A DNA stretch of 64,000 nt, from contig CAJVPI010000007.1 in assembly GCA_910592345.1 (NCBI GenBank), positions 1 through 64,000 on the forward strand, written 5' to 3'. Source of the DNA: Paraglomus brasilianum. Taxonomy: Eukaryota. Positions 52,601 through 64,000 of this stretch are shown piece after piece (the stretch's first letter is position 1; each line of letters starts with the position of its first letter). The translations under genes were made by a program, and so were the position numbers. The notes beneath the pieces were generated by a model. It saw only the letters and a list, made by a program, of their open reading frames with translations, was not told the origin of the DNA and made no database searches.

Positions 52601-54361
52601 AGTAATCTGCTGTGCTGGTGCTCGAAGTAATTGTAGTTTTTTTAATTCTAGTTTTATATTACCAAGCTAATTGCGAGTTGAATGATATGGGAGGGTGGGT
52701 CAAAATTACTAGAAATCAAATAGCATAATCTTGGAATTAGTAATACAAAGAGCCGATGGTACATCTGTGCACGACAACTGTACAGAAACTTAGTCATCAT
52801 TCGCTCCCATTTACGTTGTTAAAAATGATAAAGAAATCCTATGACAAAGACCACAACACTTAGCATCTGCACGTTTATCAATTGCGCAGATCCTATTTGC
52901 TATTGCAATTGTTTTGGAGAAAGCAAGCTCTACTTGTAAGAACGTTTGTTTGGTTACAATAATAAGAATAGTATGATTGCAATGGTTTAGGGAAAATAAA
53001 GTGAAAAGAAATGTCCGACATATTTCGGAAAATAGAGATCTAGGCAATACTATAGATTAGGTTTATAGTGTCCCACATCCCCTGTTGTATACACATTGTG
53101 TGTAATCAATCTACCAATGATTCCAACAGTACGCATATCAAAAAACAGTCACTTTCACTTGTCCTCATGTATATTGGGTCGCATATGTAAGGGATTTTGT
53201 TTATATTGTGTCGTCTTTCGCAGTCAAATTACAACGCTGCAAATCTGAATATAAACCTATTAATTTAAAAGACGAATATTTAATTGAAAAGACTGCTGAC
53301 AAATTTTAATTTATCTTTTTCCGTCTCTTTCAGCTCCATTTCTTGGCAAAGAGGGCGCAGAAGATTCAAATAAAGATCGTAATACAAATACTGAATGAAA
53401 ATGGAATGCAAGCAAATTGCCGCAAATAACGATATAAAAACCTAGTCAACGTGATGTCGATGAGAGAAAATCATTATTATTGTCTAACGCCAAACCAAGC
53501 CGTTCATCATTTCAAAAAAACGATGTATGAAATATACGTGCCCCACATTGTCATTATTGACAGACGTCGAAGTCGACCAGACGTCTGTTACTGATAATTT
53601 GATCTTGAGACCGTTTAATTTTCATATCAAAGCGGTCAAAAAACATCTCGGCGGCGTCACAAACTTTTTCGCTACTTATATAATTGGGCCCGGTGTGTAG
53701 TGCAACGCCAAGCCAACAGGGACTAGCAAATCCACAAGCATACTGCCTACTGGGACGAGCGTATGGCATTGATTATTTGAGTAATGTACAAAGTCTACTT
53801 TGTCTGTTATTACCTGCTATAGTAATAAATGCAACAACACAAGCGAGGTGTAACCATTAATTCCAGGTAACAATTGTTTTTATTAGAATCCGGTTAACGA
53901 TTCGCTTTACTTTTACGAGCCACTAATACTAGTCTACTTGATTGCTAGGATTCAATTATATTTCAATGTTTCGTAAATAACTTTACATATCGGACAACAT
54001 TGCGAACTAATAGACAATAAATCGTTGCTGTGAAATACAGAGCAATCCGGGTAGAGTTGTGTATAGTAATACGATTAACCAAGGAAACTGTAGACGTAAA
54101 ATGTTGCTTATCAACTTTGTCTTTAGAGAGAGACAGAACTCTTCATTATAATTGTTTCAAATACTGTCATCTAACAGACCAGTGGAATATAAGAATGCTT
54201 CAATTACGCGTCTAATTCAAGCCTGGTTATTAATTATACTATTCTATGCCTTTTGGCTACTATTACTATTAGATTATCATCATCATTGTCACCTGACTAT
54301 CACCCTAACATGTTAAGAATACAATAAAATTTTTTTTTTCTTACGTCTTTGCCTAATACTA

Positions 54362-57300
54362 ATGAAGATAGATTTCAAAGTAAGCATTATTCTCTACAAT
54401 TTGTATTCATATAACCATAATGATTTTATAAAACTCTTTTTGGCTTGCCATTTCGACGTCTAGTTCTCTAATTTGTTGGGAACGGTGTATACCCAAGGAA
54501 ATCTGGTATTCACTCCAGATGGAAATTCGATATTGAGTCCAGTTGGGAATCGAGTGTCTGTCTTTGATCTTGTAAAGTAAGGTTGATCGTAAGATTTATC
54601 TTTTAATAATGAACGGTTAATACCATGATGGCTTGAATCAACCAAAAATGCTTGTTGTCTGATCAAACTATTTGCTATTTCACTCGTCTGAACTCTGTTT
54701 GTTGATTAATAGCAATAAATCAATCACCCTTCCGTTTGAGAATCAGAAGAATATTCGTAGAATAGCACTTTCTCCGAATGCTGCGATTTTACTAAGTGTG
54801 GATGAAGGTAGATTCTATGTGCAACAAGACTCCCTGATTTCATAACGACGATAATGCTAACGTTGAGGTCATTATCTAGATGGCCGAGTTTTGTTAGTAA
54901 ACTACCCACGTCGAGTAGTGCTACATAAATTTAACTTTGGAATGGGTGTTACAGACGTCAAATTCTCTCCAGATGGAAAGTATCCTAATACGCCACGTTA
55001 TGATTCGATGTGTATATGCTTGTTGCTGCTCTTTAAATGATTTTGGTTCGTTATTATTCTTAATTCTCTTTGCCGCGAATGAAGATACTTTGCGGTCACG
55101 CATGAAAAGTTTATTGAAGTATGGAAATCACCTGGATTCAATAAAGAATTCGCTCCATTTGTACTGCACAGGAAATACACAGGACATTATGATGATGTAG
55201 TTGGTTTGTCATGGAGTGGAGATTCACAGTAAGCAACGCGAATAAGGAGTAAATCTAACGTTGAATAATTCTGTTCATACTCTGTTATTAATTTGTATAC
55301 AATACTGGTAGATATTTCATATCTTGTTCAAAGGATATGACAGCAAGGATTTATTCAGTAAACCCAATTGAAGGCTTTACAAAAACCGTCTTATCCGGGC
55401 ATAAAGACACTGTGGTTGGCGCATTCTTTACCAAAAATCAAAAAACGGTACGTAGATTCAAGTAGCTACTAATCAGGTATCAGTTATCGCTGACTCGATG
55501 TTTGTCCACCTAGATATATACTGTAGGTCATGATGGAGTGTTATTTGTAAGAAAATATATGGTGCCCAAAGACTCGGCTGATGAACATAGCATGGACATT
55601 GATACGGAAGGGAACAATGGTGAAAATGAGAAACAGACTGCAACAAAGCGATGGGTGACTGCATCAAAGCACTTTTTTAATACAACAAGTATTCGAGTCG
55701 TCTGTGTAGAGTATCATGTCGAAGCACGGTTACTTGTCGTTGGATTCTCAACAGGTATATTTGGCATATGGGAAATGCCGGACTTTAATAACATACATAC
55801 CCTGAGGTAAGACCATAAGATGCTATATTCACATATTGATATTTACATCTATCTGTTCATCTTAATGGTATTACATCACATCCTACGTTCCCATCCACAC
55901 ACCTAACACGTCCTCAAACATTTCGATGTTTTTCCTCTCAGCATATCGCAGACGAAAATAACTTCACTTGCAATAAACAAATCTTCGGAATGGTTGGCAT
56001 TCGGCTCGTCTAAACAATCTCAACTTCTCGTCTGGGAATGGCAATCCGAATCCTACGTCCTCAAACAGCAAGGACACTACTACGACATGAATACACTCTC
56101 GTATTCGCCCGACTCACAGACAATAGCCACTGGTGCAGATGACGGTAAACTCAAACTCTGGAACACCATTTCTGGTTTCTGCTTTGTCACATTCACTGAA
56201 CATTCATCAGCGATAACCCAAGTAGAATTTGCCAAAAATGGACAAGTCGTGTTCTCCTCTTCACTTGACGGCACGGTGAGGGCGTTCGATTTGATAAGAT
56301 ATCGTAATTTTAGAACGTTCACAACCCCTTCGCCCATACAGTTTACCTGTCTATGTGTAGATCCATCCGGAGAGGTCATATGTGCAGGGTCAATGGATAC
56401 ATTTGAAATATACGTTTGGTCTGTGCAAACAGGAAAGCTGTTGGACATTCTTAGCGGACATGAAGGACCTATTAGTGGACTGGCCTTTAGTCCAAATGGG
56501 ACACTTCTTGCATCGTCCTCGTGGGACTATACTGCCAGAACGTGGGATATATTTGGAAGGAGCAAGAATGTAGAAGTGTTCAGACATACTTCTGACGTAT
56601 TGGCAATTGCATTTAAACCGGATGGAAAACAGTTAGCATGTAGTACATTGGACGGGCAAATAGCATTCTGGGATGTGGAAAGAGGAACGCAGATTGGGAC
56701 TGTTGAAGGAAGAAAGGATATAAGCGGAGGGAGAAAGGTAGGCGATAGGACCACGGCTGCCAATTCTACTTCGGGAAAAGCATTCAATAGTCTGTCATAT
56801 ACTGCTGATGGATCATGTATATTGGCTGGAGGAAACAGCAAATACGTTTGTGTATACGAAGTGAGGACGGCACTATTGATTAAGAAGTTTACCATATCCA
56901 AGAACAGATCGTTAGACGGGGTCATGGAATTTCTTAATAGCAAAAATATGACGGAAGCAGGGCCAAAAGAATTGATTGATGAAACGGGGGATATCAGCGA
57001 TTTAGAAGATCGTATTGATAAATCGCTTCCAGGTATTCAGACAGGTGACTTGTCAGTGAGAAAGACAATGCCAGAAGTGCGCACCAAGTGTGTTCGGTTT
57101 TCGCCAGCCGGACGCTCGTGGGCAGCAGCATCAACCGAAGGATTGATAATATACTCGTTAGACGAAACGCTTTTATTCGATCCGTTCAATCTCGACATTA
57201 CCATCACTCCATCCTCCATTCTCTCAACCCTTTTATCGACCGACTATCTAAAGTCACTCGTAATGGCCTTTAGGCTTAATGAATCTTATTTGATACAAAA

Positions 57301-57724
57301 AGTTTACGAGTCAATTCCACCGTCAGATGTTCCATTTGTAGTAAAAGAGATACCGCAGATATATTTGGACAAATTGATCAAGTTTATAGCAATAAGTATG
57401 GAAACGACTCCTCATGTTGAGTTTCATTTGCTATGGGTCAGGGCGATTGTCAAAAGTCATGGTGGCTATTTGAGAACACGGTTATCTGAATATATGATTG
57501 GATTGAGAAGCTTGAGTAGATGTGTTACGAAAGTGTTGGAAGATATTGGGAAAATGTAAGTAATTAATTTGTTTTAGATCAAGGGTCTGTCGAGTAAACG
57601 CTTTATTCTAATATAGGGATTCGAACGTGTTTTTATTTGCAGGTGTGACGAGAATACATATTTGATAGAATATCTGATTACTGCAAGCGACTTACATCGC
57701 TTAGAAACGAGATTAATGCTGTGA
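54362..57724 (+). CDS. PWP2: Periodic tryptophan protein 2 (Utp1, SSU processome WD40)
   Basis: MKIDFKFSNLLGTVY..SPVGNRVSVFDL, QLLVWEWQSESYVLKQQGH, DGTVRAFDLIRYRNFRTF, STEGL; multi-exon. Confidence 0.97.
54980..55084 (+). other. Probable U12-type (minor spliceosome) GT-AG intron in PWP2
   Basis: Donor GTATCCT, branch-like TTCTTAAT about 20 nt before AG, purine-rich acceptor GAATGAAG; restores FSPDGK|YFAV. Confidence 0.7.
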
Positions 57725-58769
57725 TATAAAGCAGAATAATTTATTCCAGACATTGTCTTTAATAATAATAATGAATAATGTGTAAATCGATAGAAATCCC
57801 GTATTCCTGCTTAATAAATATTTTTGCGCGAAACGCGAGTAAAGAGTTTCACTCTTGAGGTTTGGAATAAAATAAAAATTATCATGTATCGCCAATACAC
57901 CAATCTATTTTTACACGCTCCTTCAGTTGAGGCATTTTGTTAACCATAGTTTGTTTTTAGTTATCATAATCCTTAACCTGAATGTTCGTTCAACTATCTG
58001 TTCAACTCCATTCGGCTATTGTAGAACTGATAAATGCAAAGTATGCACTGCACAACTCCACTTTCTACTAGTTATATGGCCTGAAATCGCTTCATATTAC
58101 CGTTACCTTCGCTGTTATCTTCTTCAGTATTTCTCACGCAATCAACGTGTAACTGTATTATTCTATTTCTAAGGTCGTCCATTTCTGTGGGATGTTCGAA
58201 CATCATATTGGTGATCATATGACGGGTTGGTTGCCGTAGTATTATAGGACGGATGCCCGTGTAGTAATTTGGAGGCCGAGTGTGGCCGCCTCCCTAATCC
58301 GGATACATCGACACTATCGTTGGGATTGGTACCTTGAGCGTCTTCTCCGTCTACAAATTCATAAGCATCGAGTTATTAGACAACATACTAACTGAAATTT
58401 CTTACATTCAAAAACTAAGCAAACGTTTCTTCACTGCCCGCGCAGAGTGACATGCCATTTATATGGCGAGAGGAGAAACCGGGTATTAAGCTGTAGGCCA
58501 ATTTTTGGCAGTTTGACACATAATTTTGTGAGAACAATATTACTATGTTATTTTCACTTTGACCATTAAGAAAAACAATTCACTAGTCCTGGAGATTTAA
58601 ATGAGCAAAACTACATAGTAAAAGGATGGATATCACTATTTTTTTTCTTCAGTAAACAGACGAGTCGTTGAGAAGTGATGGCCATTTGAAGACAGACACT
58701 AAACTCATACTTCCCCTCCTGCTTCCTCTCCCCACACCTCTCCCTCTTTAGAGTTGGTGGGATAAGATA

Positions 58770-59070
58770 AACAACGCGTTTAACGCGTTAAGGATCGGCA
58801 AGCGATCTTGTGAAACTTGAAGTTACGAGACTTTACATACCACAGTCACTTCTCGACATAAGAAAGTGATCGGGGCCTTTCTTATATCGAAAATCTCTTA
58901 CGACTATCTAAATTTATAACTAGAGCAAGGTGGAGAGGATTTCAGGGTTCGATGAGAAGACAGTGACTTATGAAAATGGAAGAATGTCTTCGAATCGTTG
59001 ACTATTAATATTTTTATAAAGCATCTTCCGAAGATCAAAGTAAAAAGAATAATACATATGGATGTATTCG
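58770..59070 (+). ncRNA. Candidate structured non-coding RNA
   Basis: Stems aggatcg/cgatctt, agtcact/agtgact, tcgacataagaaag/ctttcttatatcga, ggaaga.atg/catcttcc, aatacat/atgtatt following a CT-rich tract. Confidence 0.35.
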
Positions 59071-60147
59071 ACAAGTGCGTTTTATGTTATAGTGTGAAGA
59101 ACGAGTTGCTGCATGTAATGTCGTTGACTACTGACACACAAACATTATTCTAATAATAAAATTGTTAACATGCGCGTACAACAAGTAGTTTTTGGATGAA
59201 GTTAGGATCTTAACATTCATGATTTTATAATTTTCTCTCTATGATAATTACCGATTCTATCTTTAGTATACACCTTATTATTATGCATCGACCAGCATCA
59301 ACTCGACCAAATTCTTAACTCCGCATTCAAATGCTATATAAAAAAGAGTTTCAACACGTTAGAAATTGGAGTATATATATTATTTATTGTTACACAGAAG
59401 CGGTCAAATCTATTAACTTCAGTACTTATACTATTTATTATTATACATGGCGAACAACAATTATCTTTTTTTTTGGCGATGCAACAATAATCGCGCTAGA
59501 GTTCTTTAACTTATCAGCATAAGTTTGGTCATTTGCGTCTATTACTATATTTTACTGACTATTTTTTTTTTTTAGCCTTTTTGACAACACCATCCTATAA
59601 TAATAAAGAAAAGTAGCATGTCAGAAAGAAAATATAGACTTCTAGTTAATATTAACCGGAGTCTCCACAGCTCGCTGATTACATTGGGTATATTGCAGGC
59701 TGATTCTCCCCGGTATGGGATGTCTATGGAATACCATAAACTGACGACGTAGATTCGAGGGAAAGGCTTATTCCGAGCGTATATTTCAACTGTTGTGCCT
59801 AAATTTGTGGATGATAATGACAGATATAATAATAAGAAGAAGATAGTCATTATACATTAAAACAATAATAGGTGAAGTAAAAAAATTTACCGTGAGAATA
59901 TACACCGAAGACTCGCATTTGTTTGGAGGTGCGATGGTCAAGGACATCCTTATGTGTTTACGATTTTGATTTTCAAATGAGCAAAATATTGCAATGGTTA
60001 AAGGATAAATATGTCGGTATATCGGCGCATGTTTTCAACCAATAAATGATCGAAATCTGTATATTACACAAACTTCTCATCTATCACGGGACTAAACCAA
60101 AATTAAAAATAATACCCAGCTTAATTTATCGTACGCAAGAGCAAAAT

Positions 60148-62313
60148 ATGTTGTTATTCGAATCAGAAAAGAAGCAGTCTAAGCAGAAAGTGGGTCCCCG
60201 ATATACAGAATTTCAAGCTGTCGTATTAGCTGGATATGGCCACAGGTTTTCTAACCGTTGATCATTCCGTAGACAATCGTCATTCTTATCACTTCATTAT
60301 TTACAAACTGGGCAATTATCGCTTCTTCTATACCTGCCATTTTGATAGACTATACCCACTTACCGAGGACAAGAATGTTCCCAAGGCTCTCCTTCCTGTC
60401 GCAAATAAACCAATGCTATTCTATGTTCTTGATTGGCTGGAAAAAGCGGGAATCTATGATGTAATGGTTGTCACCCATCCGGATGCAGAACATAAAATTG
60501 GGACTTATCTGAAGAATGCCTATGATGGAAAGATAAAGCCTAGCTTAGAGGTCAGCAAAGAGGATGATGCCGGAACTGCCGATGCTTTGCGAGTCGTTAA
60601 GGATAAGATCAAGGTTCGTCTGTTAATTGAGCATTAAATGAAACTCTGTCCTATTTGTATAGTGGCAAAGATAATTAGTAGATTCTGACGATTGATCTTT
60701 TTTTTTTTTAAATACAAAGTACGATTTCGTCGTAATCAGCTGTGACCTAGCGCTCGATCTTCCACCTCACAATCTATTAGATTATCATCGTATACATAAT
60801 CCCACATGTACTGTACTTTTCTACGAGTCGGGCAAATCTGAAGGCAGTGGCGGCAGTTCTGCAGGAGCCAAAGAGGATGGTAATAATCAGTAAAGTTACG
60901 CAAGAACTTTGATAATTCTATGCAGGAAGGAAAGGTTTTTGCTAACCCAAAATGATTTATAAACTGTATAGTGAAGGAAATAGTCGGGGTAGACATGATG
61001 AGTTCGCGTCTCGTGTACATTGCACAGAGTGACCTAGATGATGAACTGTCATTGCGTATGTCTCTTTTATGGAAGTGTGTAATAACTTTCTTATCCAACC
61101 TTATCAATATTATTCTTCCTCCCGTTTCATAAAGCCTTTCTAATGGTTTGTTTGTTTTTCTTGTGCAATGCCACATAGGTTTCCGCGAATAAACATTCAT
61201 ACTTCTTTGAAAGATGCACACCTGTACATATTCAAGCGATGGGTGATTGATTTGGTTGCCCAACGGAAAACATTATCAAGCATACGCCAGCATCTATTGC
61301 CATTATTAGTCAAATGCCAACATCAAAGGAAGTTAATAGATCGAGAAGGGATACAAAAACGCAAGTTCTTGTCCTATGTTCTCTATGCGTGATGAATTAA
61401 TTTGCATAGTTGGGGAATGATTCCTTACTTTCAACTAATCAACATGCCTTTTATTACAGTCGTAGCTGGGACAGAAGACTATTTAAAATCCGCGCTTCCT
61501 TATTCATCCACGTGGGTAGGCGATAGTAATGGCTGTCATATAGACTGCCAATTGTACATTTACAAAGGGAATTTCTGCTGCCGAAGTAATACCATCCCTA
61601 GATATTACGAATTGAATCGACATGTAAGATATTCGTTATTGATGTTTAGATAGTATTGTTGTGGATTGGAGTGTTGAATCAACATCTATTTAGATGACAA
61701 AATCGACCACGGACACTCGAGTAGCCGCAACAGCCATTGTAAACCAAAAGACACAGGTAGGTATAGTGAGGATTAGACGCCAGTTGCATATTAGATCACG
61801 TCATATCATGTCAGATGAGATGCGTTCATTTGTATTTATCAAATACGTTTATATTAAAGGTTGGATCTGACTCGCTTGTCGGTGAGGAAACAAAAATCGA
61901 TGAACGTACTTCGATCAAGCGATCTACCGTAGGATCCCACTGCACTATAGGCAAAAACGTGAAAATTACTAATTCTATCATCATGGATAATGTTGTCATA
62001 GAAGACAAGTGAGTATCAAAACATGTCACCGAATTGCTTGTGATCGGTCTAAAGAACGATTGATGCGAATGTAAATTCTTTGGGCAGCGTGAAGTTGGAC
62101 GTATGCATTGTGTGTAATAATGCTAGAATCATGGAGAAATCAATACTGAAAGATTGCGAAGTTGGAGCCGGATACGTTGTAGAAGCAGAGAGTGAGTATT
62201 GTTCATTTTGTTTACTATTTTTCTATTCGTTGTTAGTAGGATACGTGTTGATCAACTTTTACTTTATAGCACAAACGAAAAATGAGCAGCTAGTAGAATT
62301 TCGCGACCTATGA
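60148..62313 (+). CDS. GCD1: Translation initiation factor eIF2B gamma subunit
   Basis: EFQAVVLAGYG.RLYPLT..PKALLPVANKPM, GTADALR, DAHLYIFKRWV, C-terminal left-handed beta-helix; multi-exon. Confidence 0.93.
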
Positions 62314-62399
62314 TATAATGTGTGATAAAAAAACCGTAATGAAATACCAATGCTTTGAAAAAAAAGTCCATCTGAAGCTGATAATTGATAGATATTATT

Positions 62400-62760
62400 A
62401 ATCCAAGACATAATAAATTTGCCTCTAATTCAGTAATATTTTTTGGCATTCGTTTTTTCCACGTTTTGCTTAAAAGCTGCCCATAGTAAGTAATAGATTT
62501 TTTTATGGGATTCAAGTCCGGACTGTTGGAACATTCTCGTGAAAGAAATTCTTGGGCCAGCGTTTGCGCGCGCGCGCGCAAGTCATTGCCTTGAAACATC
62601 AGATAATGTCCAAGCATCAGTTTTTTAAGTTTCCACGGAGGGCAGACATGGATGAAAAGGGTTTAGCGTGATAGAACGTATAATATATTAAAGCCCACAT
62701 ATTGTTGGAAACATTGCTAGCACTCAACTCCCATTGGTATTTTGACCACTAATGATTTCG
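62400..62760 (-). mobile_element. Tc1/IS630-type transposase relic (DDE C-terminal part)
   Basis: FQGND...EFL..SNSPDLNPI...KRMPKNITEL, a degenerate WPxxSPDLNPIE motif. Confidence 0.65.
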
Positions 62761-62971
62761 ATATGCTATTTGTAATAACAAATATAGATAATACTGGAAA
62801 TCGGCCAATCATTGCCATTTTTCGATCCAAATGCAAAAACGGAAAATCTTATAAAAATGACTAATTGGGAATAATTCTATTTGCGATAAAAAAAATCAAA
62901 TCAATCGATCGATCGATCCACACTCTTCTACTTACACTTTATCAAGTCCAGTTTTTCAACAAACATTAATA

Positions 62972-63998
<1,027 letters not shown>

Positions 63999-64000
63999 CA

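Noticed and set aside
50100..54300. Short ORFs and weak inverted repeats between the methyltransferase and PWP2
   Set aside because: No recognisable domain or clear element boundaries; probably old repeat debris
55880..56068. ACGTCCTCAAACA repeated in a PWP2 intron and the next exon
   Set aside because: Only 13 nt; no mechanism can be supported
58498..58510. AATTTTTGG Sm-site of an snRNA or telomerase RNA
   Set aside because: No snRNA motifs or telomeric template nearby; a common word in AT-rich DNA

Overview
Eukaryotic, AT-rich, intron-dense fungal DNA. The gene families (WTSGN/LEWIP-type TKL kinases, MATA-type HMG box, an MRE-like LRR fragment) point to an arbuscular mycorrhizal fungus (Glomeromycotina). 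Conserved genes: DOA10/MARCH6 E3 ligase, aspartyl-tRNA synthetase, histone H4, Zn-dependent alcohol dehydrogenase, SAM methyltransferase, PWP2, eIF2B-gamma and a partial DAHP synthase. Between them lie five copies of one kinase family (two spliceable, three relics), Tc1/pogo/hAT-type transposon remains and patchworks of foreign coding fragments. Most notable: a fragment resembling a Mycoplasma-related endobacterium (MRE) LRR gene next to a kinase, a likely U12-type intron in PWP2, a ~130-nt hairpin that sequesters a 5' splice site upstream of the HMG gene, several structured or spliced ORF-poor loci, and both spliceable kinases stopping at the same codon through different deletions. Splice models, alignments and RNA folds were worked out by eye, and family assignments rest on motif recall; no database searches were run.
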